From: a virus
Virus record (IMG/VR): IMGVR_UViG_3300011113_000621
Location: 35,754-99,753 of that record
Reading direction: 5' to 3' (one strand)
Length of the DNA stretch: 64,000 nt
In this document: one piece after another, positions 1 to 10,489 of the stretch
How positions within the stretch are numbered: position 1 is the stretch's first letter
Layout of the letters: each line of letters starts with the position of its first letter
Notes under the pieces: model-generated
What the model saw: the letters and a program-made list of their open reading frames with translations, nothing else
Told to the model about the DNA's origin: nothing
The model's database searches: none
Program-made: the position numbers and the translations under genes

Positions 1-1
1 A

Positions 2-511
2 CTCTGTAGCTAAAACACGAGCTGCTGCCTTACCTGACGCAGGAGGCGGAGCTCCATATGTATACGTAACCTCGATGTTGCAAGGAGCCCAGGAGGTTCC
101 AGCCTTTGCTTGAATGGTAGAGTGATCAACTAGGTAGTAGTTAGCAGGATCAACGATCTTGCCTGCTCTATCACGTACTGAATGAATACGAACAACGGGT
201 CTGCCACGAAGGCGAAGACGCGTTGACGGAGACATGCCGTCTGTAGTTATTTCTGCATAATCGTCAAACTCATCAAAAGGAATGTTATACACGTCTCCAC
301 CAACAAGCTCAGGTGTGTAATTTCGTGAAGATGCTCCAAGACGATACGCACGAGACGCGCAGACGTAGCGCTCTGTTACAGTAGTTATTCCATTAAACTT
401 ACGACCAGACATGGACCAAAGAAGCTGAGATGCAACCTTAACGGCATCATACGCATACTCGTCATCAGCGTAGCTATCGAGCTCATCTACTGTTACCCAA
501 AGATTTGACAC
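2..511 (-). CDS. Head-to-tail adaptor/connector protein (3' end runs off the window)
   Basis: Not in the ORF track; read manually from GTG at 511: MSNLWVTVDELDSYADDEYAYDAVKVASQLLWSMSGRKFNG...IEVTYTYGAPPPASGKAAARVLA. The LWxxSGRxF and VTYTYGxxPP motifs resemble actinophage adaptors; it lies directly downstream of the major tail gene. Confidence 0.7.
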   Translation of the reverse strand, partial: MSNLWVTVDELDSYADDEYAYDAVKVASQLLWSMSGRKFNGITTVTERYVCASRAYRLGASSRNYTPELVGGDVYNIPFDEFDDYAEITTDGMSPSTRLRLRGRPVVRIHSVRDRAGKIVDPANYYLVDHSTIQAKAGTSWAPCNIEVTYTYGAPPPASGKAAARVLATE

Positions 512-546
512 TCGTTATCCCGTCTACTCGTCATTATTATGAAGAC

Positions 547-590
547 GAGCGACATGCCTGTGTAGGTGGTTACACGTTGGCATGTCGCTC
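547..590 (-). terminator. Stem-loop after major tail gene
   Basis: GAGCGACATGCC...GGCATGTCGCTC 12-bp inverted repeat just past the stop at 602; no clear U-tract. Confidence 0.5.
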
Positions 591-601
591 TCTTGTTCTT
601 A

Positions 602-1648
602 TTAGGAGGTTGGATCCTCTGTTGACGCGATGATAAAGTCAGTCGCGTTATCAGCGTTGTAGTTCTCGTTACCAGGGACGTTGTAAGCTGTTGTTGAGCC
701 TTCGCTTGCAAAGTCGGTTACCGCACGGCCATTTGCAGAAACATCAGCTGTTCCTGAATCTGCCGTTGAGGCAATGGTTCCACTTGTTGACGTTGTATAG
801 GTAAACGTTGTTGTTGTTGGAACAGACGCGATGGTGTATGTACCATTAAGCGCAGTTGTGGTAAGACCTGCCACGACGACCTCGTCTCCTGCCTCAAAGT
901 TATGAGCAGCTGATGTAGTAAGTGTAGCAGTCGAGCTTGTGCGAGCAACGTTATTAACAGATGCTGAGAGATCTCCATGCCATCTGTAGAAGCCTTTACG
1001 ACCTGTTGGTGCCCAGCTTGAACGTGCATATGAGTATGGACGCTCTGTAGCTACTGGGAACTCCCAGCGCTCATCAAGACCATCACTAAAGTTAGTGTTT
1101 CCAAGGCCGTAACCTTCGAATGTAGTTGCAAGCATTCCGTTTTCAATTACGCGATCTCCGCTTTGGCGAAGCTTTGCGTATGGGAATACCCAGTGGAAGT
1201 AAGGAAGTGTTGCAGCCTTCTTTCCATCAATGATTGCAAAGGACCAGCACTCAATCGCAACGCCGTTTCCAGCTGGGTCGTCGCCAGTTGCAGGAGAAGA
1301 CCAACCGATTGACTTGCGATCTGGTGAAGCATATGTTCCGAGGTTCTTGCGAAGTAGTAAACCGCCAGAAATTAGCTGAGTAAGTTCTGGATCTGGTTCA
1401 CAGATTGCAAGTTCCATTGTGATACGCTTTAGCGTATCAGGTGACTTGTAGGTAACGCAGACTGTTCCATCTGCGCCCTTCTCTGTCATTTCATCGCCTT
1501 CTTCGTACTCAGGCGTAAATGAAAGGCGTAAAAAGCCTGATGTGGTGTAGCTGTCACCGGCCGCGTTCAGGAGGTTACCAGACGCATCAAGACGAGTTAC
1601 TCGAATTGACACGCCCTGAATGCTGGCGGCGTATTCTTGAGTTGCCAT
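602..1648 (-). CDS. Major tail protein with C-terminal beta-rich appendage
   Basis: N-terminal IRVTRLDASG...F.PEYEEGDE...KGADG.VCV pattern typical of actinophage tail tube proteins; Thr-rich C-terminal domain (TTSAAHNFEAGDEVVVAG). Confidence 0.75.
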   Translation of the reverse strand: MATQEYAASIQGVSIRVTRLDASGNLLNAAGDSYTTSGFLRLSFTPEYEEGDEMTEKGADGTVCVTYKSPDTLKRITMELAICEPDPELTQLISGGLLLRKNLGTYASPDRKSIGWSSPATGDDPAGNGVAIECWSFAIIDGKKAATLPYFHWVFPYAKLRQSGDRVIENGMLATTFEGYGLGNTNFSDGLDERWEFPVATERPYSYARSSWAPTGRKGFYRWHGDLSASVNNVARTSSTATLTTSAAHNFEAGDEVVVAGLTTTALNGTYTIASVPTTTTFTYTTSTSGTIASTADSGTADVSANGRAVTDFASEGSTTAYNVPGNENYNADNATDFIIASTEDPTS

Positions 1649-1693
1649 GTTTTTTATTTTCTCCTTGTTTAGAAGCGGCTATCTAGAGCTATT

Positions 1694-2560
1694 CTATGCC
1701 GTTAGATCAACTCTGACTGCGAGATGAATGGACGGATCAAAGTATACCGCAGCTGGGCGGATAGCCTTGAGACGTACACTATTTGCATTGTTCGACACGT
1801 CATAGCCCTGTGCTAGATTGTCGTTTACGACATCTGGCTTGCCAAGGTATACCTTGACTGTTCCAGTGGCGTACATCCATTTGTTTGCAGCTGTTGCGCT
1901 TTCTCCTGTAGCTCCGGTTGGGCCACTTCCTGGGTAGCCTGATCCAATAATTACTGGAGTTCCTCCAACAGTCTGTAGGTGATCTCTATCACGAGTGTGA
2001 TAGAAAAGGGCACCATCAGCAGCAAGAAGAGCTGCTACGTCGCGTGTCATGTGAATAACACCCTGCTCTCCCGCAGGCGAGTCAGTTCCAATTGTATGTT
2101 CAAGAAGGGCAATTGCACGGCGCGCAGATAAAGCAGTTCCTGAATTTAGAATTGTTGCAGAGGCATCAACCAATGCCTTATTGTCATGTGACTCACCGAT
2201 TCTAATGGCTCCAGCCCATAATTCTTTTTCAAGTGCCTTCTGTGTTACTCCTTCAAGTTGGCGAGTAATGCGGGCAATGCGATCAATTCCAGAAAAACCT
2301 AGTGTTGAGCGGGTCTCATCTACCTCAATAAAAAATGGTTTAATCTCGTCAAAATAGTTGACGGTAGGAGCAGAAATCTGCTCGCTTGTGCTGTCTGTAT
2401 CATCGTAATTTGTAATAAATTGAGGTGTAGTTTCCCATTCCTGCGAGAAACCTCGTACCCATTTGTCCTCATCAACTGAGGTATCTGGCTTTACTACTGT
2501 GAGTAGGCCAAACATCGAAGGGATAATCTTCGGCGCCTCAAAAACTCCTGTGTAAGCCAT
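1694..2560 (-). CDS. Second capsid protein (putative pentamer/minor capsid protein)
   Basis: 288 aa immediately after the major capsid gene; matches the hexamer+pentamer gene arrangement of mycobacteriophage cluster B-like heads. Confidence 0.55.
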   Translation of the reverse strand: MAYTGVFEAPKIIPSMFGLLTVVKPDTSVDEDKWVRGFSQEWETTPQFITNYDDTDSTSEQISAPTVNYFDEIKPFFIEVDETRSTLGFSGIDRIARITRQLEGVTQKALEKELWAGAIRIGESHDNKALVDASATILNSGTALSARRAIALLEHTIGTDSPAGEQGVIHMTRDVAALLAADGALFYHTRDRDHLQTVGGTPVIIGSGYPGSGPTGATGESATAANKWMYATGTVKVYLGKPDVVNDNLAQGYDVSNNANSVRLKAIRPAAVYFDPSIHLAVRVDLTA

Positions 2561-2607
2561 TATTGCTTTCCTAATCTAACTCTCGTTTTAATTACCTTTT
2601 CGTATTG

Positions 2608-2632
2608 GAGGCGCCCGCAAGCGAGCGCCTCC
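2608..2632 (-). terminator. Stem-loop after major capsid gene
   Basis: GAGGCGC-N-GCGCCTC hairpin between the capsid genes. Confidence 0.45.
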
Positions 2633-2650
2633 TCAACGAAGTATCGAATT

Positions 2651-4648
2651 TTAGTATTCGATTGTAGCTGCTGTTGCGCCACCGTTGGTGTCGCGTAGAG
2701 CTGCTGCTGTACCGTTGACTGCGATTGTTGATGCGACCTTGAGAGACTCAACGCCGACCTTTGCAACGCCTTCGAAGGTTTCAACGAACATCTTGTAATC
2801 GTTGGTTCCAACAAGGGTGGAGTCACGGATAATTCCGAGATCCAAGGTACCGCCATCGAGGAACAAGAATGTTCCTTCTGCGAACATGTACCAGGTCAAG
2901 GTGTCTCCGAACTCATTCATTGCACCTGCACCTTGTGCGCCTGTTGGCTCTTCAAGGTGGTAGCAGATGTTTACGTTGCGTGCTGCAAGGTATCCATCAA
3001 TTTCTCCGTATGCGTTAAGCATGTTATCGCCAGGAGCTGCAAGTACTAGGTCTGCTGCCATTGCGTCCTTGATCCATGCTGGAGCAATTACACGAAGTGG
3101 AGCATTAGGCTCTAGACGGTGACGACCGCGGTAAGCGGAAGCAGCGCGTCCAACCTGAACTAGGAAGTCACGAGCAACACCAATGATTGATGCTGATGTG
3201 ACTGCAGTTGACAAGCTTGTCAAGCGAGAAAGGATTTGACCTTCTGCTTCACGAGCATGCTGAATAAGACCAAGCTCGTTGTGACGAGCGATCAATTCAG
3301 GATACGCGCGAGTTAGAAGGTTACCAAACTGTAGCTGTAGGGTTACAGCGTCAGTTGCAACAGTGTTTTCAGTTGCAGCGGTAACAGTCAAGCTGAGCTT
3401 TGAAGCAGGTGATGGTGTTTCAGCTGAATCGTTTGCAGCAGTCCATACACCGACAGCGTTAGCGTAGTCGGAAAGGACTGGTGGAACGATGTAGCGGATA
3501 CCGCCACGATCTGCTTGGAAGCGAGGTAGGCAGTCACGTACTGGACGTGCTGTTGTTCCGATTCCGAAGATGTCGTACTTGACTTCAAATGGAGCCTGGT
3601 GGCCACCAGCAGCAACAAGTGCCTCTGGGCCGACTACATTTTGGATTTTCTTCCAGTTAGATTCTGCATCTGTTGAAAGAGTGCGCTCTTCTGGATATTG
3701 AGTTGTAATAGATGCAACGATGTGCTGTTCACCGTCTCCACCGTTTACACGGCGTAGACCATGAAGACGCTTGGACATTGCCTCTGCGACTTCAGACATG
3801 TTGTTGATTGTGCTGCCCGCTGTGTATCCAGGAATGTCAGCGCCAGCCGTAATAGCTACGGTAGCCGCTGAAGTCTGGAGTGATGGGCGGCGATCCGCTG
3901 GAGCTTCAATTACTTCAGTAACTGTAGCTTCAGTCTCGTTTGCGGCGGCGGTCACTGGTGCCTCCTGCTCCTTCTGCTCAGTTTGAGCAACTTGGGTTGT
4001 TTCTGGGGTAGCTGAAACTTCGATTTCAGCTGAGGCTGCAACAGGTTCTGTCGCAACTTCTGCAGCTGGTGCCTCTACGTTTTCAGTTGGTTCTGCTGAA
4101 AGTTCGGCTTCTGGAGTTACCTCGGCCGCTGCTTCCGCAGGAGTTTCTTCTGCAACAGCAGCTTCTGCAGCTGGTGTTACTTCAGTAGTAGCAACTTCTT
4201 GTGTTGCTACGGGTGTTTCTGCTGGGGTTGAAAGCTCAGATGCCTCTTCCACAGTAGTTGACGCTTCGGCCATTGGCTTATCCTCTTCTTTTTCTTCTTT
4301 GATGACTGGAGCAGCAGGAGCCTCTTCAGGCATTTCCTTCTCCTCTTTATCATCGTCAGAATCGGTTTCGCCTTCAGGCATTTCTTCCTTCATTTCGTCA
4401 CCCTTAACACGCATTGCGGCTTCAGCGGCGCGTGCAGCAAGCTCTTGAGCTTGTGCCTCACGACGTGAAATTTCACCACGTACTGTGTCAAGCATGTCTG
4501 CCAATGAGGTCATGGCGTCTACTGTCTGCGGAGTTGGATCCTCCTTTTCAACCGTTTCGAATTCGCTGACGATAGCACTCTGTAACTCAACAAGCTTTTC
4601 AGCGTCGAGTTCAGAAAGCTGGTCTAGCATTTCTTTTATACGGTCCAC
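2651..4648 (-). CDS. Major capsid (hexamer) protein with N-terminal acidic scaffold-like region
   Basis: Coiled-coil, E/A/P-rich N-terminus followed by AITAGADIPG...ALVAAGG...FLFLDGGTLDLGIIRDSTLVGTNDYKMFVETFE; strong RBS GGAGGAGG upstream of the GTG. Confidence 0.85.
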   Translation of the reverse strand: MDRIKEMLDQLSELDAEKLVELQSAIVSEFETVEKEDPTPQTVDAMTSLADMLDTVRGEISRREAQAQELAARAAEAAMRVKGDEMKEEMPEGETDSDDDKEEKEMPEEAPAAPVIKEEKEEDKPMAEASTTVEEASELSTPAETPVATQEVATTEVTPAAEAAVAEETPAEAAAEVTPEAELSAEPTENVEAPAAEVATEPVAASAEIEVSATPETTQVAQTEQKEQEAPVTAAANETEATVTEVIEAPADRRPSLQTSAATVAITAGADIPGYTAGSTINNMSEVAEAMSKRLHGLRRVNGGDGEQHIVASITTQYPEERTLSTDAESNWKKIQNVVGPEALVAAGGHQAPFEVKYDIFGIGTTARPVRDCLPRFQADRGGIRYIVPPVLSDYANAVGVWTAANDSAETPSPASKLSLTVTAATENTVATDAVTLQLQFGNLLTRAYPELIARHNELGLIQHAREAEGQILSRLTSLSTAVTSASIIGVARDFLVQVGRAASAYRGRHRLEPNAPLRVIAPAWIKDAMAADLVLAAPGDNMLNAYGEIDGYLAARNVNICYHLEEPTGAQGAGAMNEFGDTLTWYMFAEGTFLFLDGGTLDLGIIRDSTLVGTNDYKMFVETFEGVAKVGVESLKVASTIAVNGTAAALRDTNGGATAATIEY

Positions 4649-4776
4649 TGTCCCTCCTCCGGGCCAGTCATGATGAACAAGATTTGTTAGTTCATCTCGC
4701 TAATCAGTCCAAGGCCGAGGGACTCTACGCGGTTTGCGTGGAGGCACTCTACCTGGATTGAATAATACATTATATT

Positions 4777-7700
4777 TTAAGTTAGGAGTCGGAGAAGTTT
4801 ACTCAATTCTGAGGAAATCTCAGCTTGAGAGAAGTAATCTCCACCTGACATAAACGACTTGAGTCCTGTCGTCGCCTTATCAGCCTCATCCTTTCCTATC
4901 TTTTCTTCCACCCTTGGGATCATATCTTCGATAAGACCTTTTAAGGCCGGAGGAAGATCACTATAACGGATCTTCTCCGTGTCGCTTCCAAACGGCAATG
5001 GGAGGTTTGCAATGGTCTCTCCTAAGGCTCGTGCCGAGGTGCGAATATTTTCTAGTGCATCTGGGTTAAGTGCACGGGTATCAATTCTGTCAACTATGGA
5101 GATAACATCGCCTGCGGCGCGTGCTGCCTCGATATAGTTTCCAGCATCATCAAGGTTTTCTGCTTCCTCGATTTTTTCAATTGCTCGATCTAGTCCACTG
5201 TCGCCAAGGTCCTGCTTTATACGAGCTAGAACCTGACGAAACTTACCTTTTGCATCACGCGGCTGAGTCTTGCCAGGCACGTACTTACCTGCCTGAACGT
5301 CTGTTACTTCTCCGAACTCAGCCGCTGATGCTTTTCCCAAATCGTTTGACTCCTCGTTGGAGTAAGCCATTCCACCATGGCATCTTGCGCACGGGCAACC
5401 TGGTGGACACTGGCACTGTTGACCAGCGTATCCAGGGCAAATGCAACCATAGTCCTTGCACATTCCGCAGTCAAATCCAGCGGTCTCAGGAGATGCAACC
5501 ATCGCGATACGCTCACGTAGGTAGGCAACCTCTTCACCAAGCTCTTGGCTTGATAAAGATTTCCACTTATCTGGAATTAAGTCTGGACGGTCAAGTTGAC
5601 GAGCGCGCTTCATGATGTGGCGTCTAACAGCCGCACGCTTGCCTGGCTTTGATCTTCCGTAAGCTTGAATTGAGTCCTTCAAGGAGTCGATGTTTGTAAT
5701 CGGGTATGAACCATCTTTAAGAGCATAGCCCTTCTTAGCAAGTTGCTGACGCTTCTCGCGGGAGATGTAACCAAACTCGTCGTCAAACTTTTGTACTCCA
5801 AAAACTCTAGAATACAGAGCATCTGCACGAGCGGAAAGCTCTGCGGCGTGCGCCTCCTTTAATGCTGTAAAGCGCTCACGAGCGGCGTCCGCTTTAGATG
5901 AAAGTTCAGCTTGTTCTAACTGCTCCAGTTTTTGTACACGAGAGACCAAATCTGCGATTGGATCCGCCTTCATGCGTGCAAGAACTCCTGCGCCAGCCGC
6001 AACAAGTGCCATAACCGCGCCTGAGGCTACACGAGCACGGGCAATAGGGAACCCTGGAACGTTTACCTGGCAAACCGCTACAAGCTCAAGTTTACCGTTA
6101 ATTGGACGCCAGTCACCAGAAGGTGCAGACGCGCGAACTGCGCGAACCTGCTCTGGTGTAGTTCCTGGACGTAAAGCTCCAGATACCCAAATACCAAAGG
6201 AATCTTCTCCAGCGTGAACGTCCGCGAAGGCAGATGCTGTATCGTCATAGTGACGTACCGCCTCTTGTGCGGAAGCTTCAAGTGAGGCGTGTCCGCCTGC
6301 TAAAGTTAGTTGTCCAACAGGAACGTCTGTTCCGTCGTCAGTGCGAACTACACCTGTGTGAAAGTACGCGTAGTTGCTTCTTGAACGTGGTGGCTTTGTG
6401 CCAAATGACATTCCGATGTGATCTACGTGCCACGCCGCGATATGACCAAATACACGACCTTCATCGTCCACGGTCAATGGAGTTGGCTTGTCGAGCTGCG
6501 GATTGTCAAACCACGAACGCGGTGGTACGACTGGGATTGATCCTGCCACTAAGCCACAAGCGACAAGCGCTGAAGCCTCTACAGGATCCATTTCGTCGAC
6601 GTATATGCCGTCCGGGATCACTGTTTCCTCCTGATTCTCGTCTTCGACGAGGTAGATTTGGCACTCTTGGAATGCCGGTTTTGGTACAATTGTTACTGCC
6701 ATAACTCGTGCATGCGAGATCACGAGTTTATCAGTTCCAATCTTACCACTGTCTTTTTCGGCCAGTTCAGGAACTTCTTGACTTGCCTCAAACTGATCGA
6801 GGTCCGCAGAAACTCCACGGATAAAACCATTACGTATTAAACGCTCGGCTTCCTTACCATATTCGCCAGAGTCAAACACGCCGTGCGCGTTGCCAATACC
6901 GCCTTCTACGCGTTCCATATGATCAATACGTCCAACTACAACTGATCCGTTGTGTCCTTCACCAGTTTCAATTTGCCACATCAATGGCAAAGGCAGTTCA
7001 CGAATTTCTATCGCACCTTTCTTAAAGGTACGTCCATCACCAGTCTCAATCTCCTCTGGAATTACAAGAGGAATCTTAAACTTTGCACCTTCTGCTGTTG
7101 TCATCTCTTCTTCAAGATGCCCTGCTGCAGTAAGAACCCGTCTGCGAGCATCTGCTGCTCTAGCTGAAAGAGTCGCCTTATCTATGATCTCTTGCGAGCT
7201 TAGTATTTCATCTACTGCAAAGTTTCCACGACCGCGCTTCATTCCCGGGTTGCGACGATCTCCTGGCCACATGCCAGTCATCTCCTTGTGACGAAGCGAG
7301 CAGTATCCTTTAGCTCTTGGTCCCATGTACTTCTTAAGGTTGCGGTAACAGCGCGTCCAGTCACCTGGAGTATTCCAACGAATCTTTATAACTCCGCCTT
7401 TACCGATTGTCCAGTAGCGACGTAAGTTCTCTGCATTTCCTCGATTACGATCTAGTCCACCAGCCGCAGTTAGGAACATTCCATTTTTACCATTCCAAAG
7501 AACTGTAATAAACTCGAGGTCCTTTACAGATGCAGTTACTGGAGTTATTCCATCAACTTGCTCGATAACTGTTTTGAGAGATGCGCCATCAAGAGGAACT
7601 ACAGGAGGTGGAGTTGCAGACTTCATATCAGCAAGTATTTGCTCGTCACGCACCCACTTCTTATCCTTACGAGTATACGTCATCGCATCAGTTGATGTAG

Positions 7701-9531
7701 AGCTAGCTGGGACTAGCGACACTAACTCATAGACAGCGCTAGGGTCTGTGTCCGAAACGATTGCAAAAAATACAGGCTGAACGTCTGAGGTTTCAGGTGA
7801 CATCTCCTTAGACTCGCCTGGAGAAGCAGCGCTGGTTATAGGCTGGTAGTACATTTTGTTTGGATAGTAGTACTCGCCGTCTGAGCCTTTAACTTTCTTG
7901 TTTAAGAAACTTGCAAGAGCTGGGTGTTTATATGGGTCAAGCTTAAGCTTAACGCCAGTTAACTTTTCTAGCTCTTTAAGGTAAGGACTCTTTGAAACTT
8001 TTTCTATCTGATTTTTTCCAGTAATAACCTTTGGGCCAGATCCGTCCGAGCGAGACTCGAACCCTTCTGTTTTATTTGCATCAAATGCGTCCCGTTGAGA
8101 TTTTACCCAGCCTGGCCAATCACCAAGTACCTTTCCCATATCTTCAGAAGTCATTGCTGGAAGAGTTCCGGGAATCTTAGCTCCAGGACGATCAATTGGA
8201 ACGCGAGGTTCAGCAAGAATACCTGATGTATCAAGAGGAGTTATATCCATGGGCGCAGTTTTTTGTGCGCTAACTGAAGACTCTGGTTCTGTTGCAGTTG
8301 CAGGAACGTCTACTATATCTCCTGAATCAAGTTTTACTCTAACACTTTGCTTTTCAGGATCAATTGCTACTATGCTACCAGACCCACGTTCGGCATCTCC
8401 ACCGATAACTACTCGCGATCCTTGCTTTGAAAATCTGCCAGTTTTGTCGCGTACTTGCTTTGCAGCTTTTTCAGATCTTTCCTCGGGAGTATAATCTCCG
8501 TCTCCTTCGGTTTCGCCTTCAGCGGCAGCGGCTACAAGTGAATCTATAAACTCTAAGTCTAGCTCGCTAGCGGCAGCTGCAAATAACTCGGCTTCCTCTT
8601 CATCAATCTCAAAGATTGAAACTGGTCTAAATGGATCTTCTTGGAAGCAGGCGCTTAAAAAGAATGCAGACTCTGCGTCAATTTCAATGTGAACCTTTTC
8701 TACTGAAAGGTCTTGCTCATCGTCTAATGCCATGTCATAGCTAGTAAGGTCTTGGTTTACGTCGTCTAGTGTGTTCCAAGTTCCACCATCCCAAACCTTA
8801 ACGTCGTAGTTCTCATCAATCTTGTATAGGCGATCAATTCCAGAGCCGTCCATGCGCATACGAGCAATGAACTCAACTGCTTCTAAATTATGCTCAAATG
8901 CACCTAAGTCCGTAGGGTATTGAGTGTTAACTGCATAATCAAATTCGTCCTCGTGGTATGAGCTGTCTGCGTATCCATCTGCCCTTAATGACTTTTTGTT
9001 TTCTCTTTCAACGATGGCACGCGCCCAACGCCACGCGGTGTCGCCACCCCAGAGAGCCCACGCAATACGCCCATTTGACGGAAAACCGTCTTCTCCTGGC
9101 GAGTAGCCTTTTGCCTTCTTATCAACCTCATGACGAGGGAAATACTTTGCAATATGACGGACCTTTTCAATTCCAATTTGTCCTCCTCTTGAAAGAGTGC
9201 GGGCCGTATTAAGACCTACTGGAGTTCCTCCGCGCTTGTGCTCCTTACGCCACTCAAGAGCTCTCTTTGCCTCCTCTTGAGCGCCTTTAGGAATCGTGTA
9301 TAAACGACGAGCGCCACCTACTATGCTTACGTCTAGCGTGGTAAGCGCAGCACTTGCTAATTCAAGTTGTGATTCGGTAACATCTAGATCTTCGTCGCTC
9401 CATGTAACAGAGGCAGTTAGCGAAGATAAGACTCCTTGATTAACAACTAAGTTTTCCTCAGAGTTAATTACAACACCCTGGGTGTCGTTTGAAAAAAGAA
9501 CAAGAGGTCCGCTTTTTCCTACTACATTCAT
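4777..9531 (-). CDS. Multidomain capsid maturation protease protein (1584 aa)
   Basis: Protease-like segment IPEEIETGDGRTF...LPLPLMWQ...GHNGSVVVGRID...GVSADLD...IVPKPAF, then GRVFGHIAAW domain; several extra small domains; directly upstream of the capsid gene. Confidence 0.75.
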   Translation of the reverse strand: MNVVGKSGPLVLFSNDTQGVVINSEENLVVNQGVLSSLTASVTWSDEDLDVTESQLELASAALTTLDVSIVGGARRLYTIPKGAQEEAKRALEWRKEHKRGGTPVGLNTARTLSRGGQIGIEKVRHIAKYFPRHEVDKKAKGYSPGEDGFPSNGRIAWALWGGDTAWRWARAIVERENKKSLRADGYADSSYHEDEFDYAVNTQYPTDLGAFEHNLEAVEFIARMRMDGSGIDRLYKIDENYDVKVWDGGTWNTLDDVNQDLTSYDMALDDEQDLSVEKVHIEIDAESAFFLSACFQEDPFRPVSIFEIDEEEAELFAAAASELDLEFIDSLVAAAAEGETEGDGDYTPEERSEKAAKQVRDKTGRFSKQGSRVVIGGDAERGSGSIVAIDPEKQSVRVKLDSGDIVDVPATATEPESSVSAQKTAPMDITPLDTSGILAEPRVPIDRPGAKIPGTLPAMTSEDMGKVLGDWPGWVKSQRDAFDANKTEGFESRSDGSGPKVITGKNQIEKVSKSPYLKELEKLTGVKLKLDPYKHPALASFLNKKVKGSDGEYYYPNKMYYQPITSAASPGESKEMSPETSDVQPVFFAIVSDTDPSAVYELVSLVPASSTSTDAMTYTRKDKKWVRDEQILADMKSATPPPVVPLDGASLKTVIEQVDGITPVTASVKDLEFITVLWNGKNGMFLTAAGGLDRNRGNAENLRRYWTIGKGGVIKIRWNTPGDWTRCYRNLKKYMGPRAKGYCSLRHKEMTGMWPGDRRNPGMKRGRGNFAVDEILSSQEIIDKATLSARAADARRRVLTAAGHLEEEMTTAEGAKFKIPLVIPEEIETGDGRTFKKGAIEIRELPLPLMWQIETGEGHNGSVVVGRIDHMERVEGGIGNAHGVFDSGEYGKEAERLIRNGFIRGVSADLDQFEASQEVPELAEKDSGKIGTDKLVISHARVMAVTIVPKPAFQECQIYLVEDENQEETVIPDGIYVDEMDPVEASALVACGLVAGSIPVVPPRSWFDNPQLDKPTPLTVDDEGRVFGHIAAWHVDHIGMSFGTKPPRSRSNYAYFHTGVVRTDDGTDVPVGQLTLAGGHASLEASAQEAVRHYDDTASAFADVHAGEDSFGIWVSGALRPGTTPEQVRAVRASAPSGDWRPINGKLELVAVCQVNVPGFPIARARVASGAVMALVAAGAGVLARMKADPIADLVSRVQKLEQLEQAELSSKADAARERFTALKEAHAAELSARADALYSRVFGVQKFDDEFGYISREKRQQLAKKGYALKDGSYPITNIDSLKDSIQAYGRSKPGKRAAVRRHIMKRARQLDRPDLIPDKWKSLSSQELGEEVAYLRERIAMVASPETAGFDCGMCKDYGCICPGYAGQQCQCPPGCPCARCHGGMAYSNEESNDLGKASAAEFGEVTDVQAGKYVPGKTQPRDAKGKFRQVLARIKQDLGDSGLDRAIEKIEEAENLDDAGNYIEAARAAGDVISIVDRIDTRALNPDALENIRTSARALGETIANLPLPFGSDTEKIRYSDLPPALKGLIEDMIPRVEEKIGKDEADKATTGLKSFMSGGDYFSQAEISSELSKLLRLLT

Positions 9532-10478
9532 GCCTGCTCTTTTCCTGTCTCATCAGTGACTGGTCCGCCCGCAATCCATGCATCGCACGTGCGCGAAGCG
9601 GCACACTTAAAGTCAAGGGCCTCGCAATATCCTAATTCGCCTTGAACCACCACGTCATAGGAATCTTCAACGTTTCCGTCCCCTTGTTGTAGGCCCTGAG
9701 CAATGCAGTCCTTCATCTTAGAGGTGACGATAAATGCAGCACAGTTACCACATCTGCTTGTTTTGGCGTCCTCACTGGACACATTCCAACGAGTTGCCTT
9801 TTCCTTCCAAAACTCGTCGTTAGGTTCCTGTGGATTTAGTGGACCATACCCAACGTTGTCAATTGCATTTTGGCGGTTCTTAAGATTTAGTTGAATATCC
9901 TGAGTTGCAGGAGGGCAGGCGTCTCCCTCTGCCGCCGCAACGACTGGCTCTTCAGCTGTCTGCTTATCAAGATATCTAACAATGTGACCATAAGGGCCGT
10001 TAGGATCAATAGGCCCTAGTGCAGCAAAGACAAGCTCCAACATACCTGGAGCAGTTATCTTTTGGTCCGGATCGTCACTTGAAAGCTGGTCATACAAGTC
10101 AGGATAGTCAAAGAATACTTGGTCAATGTCATCATAGGTACCAACATCAATTTGCTGGCTGTTATCATTGTATGTAGCTTCACGAGAACGTCTTAGCTGC
10201 ACCTTCTCAGAGGAAACTGCTAACTTTATATTTGACTCTTCAAATGCCTCAGAAAATCTAAAGGTGCTTAAGTTAACTGTTGCTATTGAAAGAAGATCTT
10301 CTACCTTTAGCTTACGGTCTTTTACAATCTTTTCCATAAGCATCTTTACTCGCCTGGTTGGGTTAAAAATCTCTGCATCTTTGTCTTCAAAGACGTATAC
10401 AAACTTTTTATCATCTGCAACTATAGAAAAAACATGGTTGTTACTAACTAACTCATACGCTCTAATTACCTTTACCAT
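9528..10478 (-). CDS. Head-associated protein with Cys-rich C-terminal domain
   Basis: CPPATQDI...RCGNCAAF...GYCEALDFKCAASRTCDAW; coupled (ATGA overlap) to the protease gene. Confidence 0.6.
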   Translation of the reverse strand: MVKVIRAYELVSNNHVFSIVADDKKFVYVFEDKDAEIFNPTRRVKMLMEKIVKDRKLKVEDLLSIATVNLSTFRFSEAFEESNIKLAVSSEKVQLRRSREATYNDNSQQIDVGTYDDIDQVFFDYPDLYDQLSSDDPDQKITAPGMLELVFAALGPIDPNGPYGHIVRYLDKQTAEEPVVAAAEGDACPPATQDIQLNLKNRQNAIDNVGYGPLNPQEPNDEFWKEKATRWNVSSEDAKTSRCGNCAAFIVTSKMKDCIAQGLQQGDGNVEDSYDVVVQGELGYCEALDFKCAASRTCDAWIAGGPVTDETGKEQA

Positions 10479-10489
10479 AGTGTCTCTCC

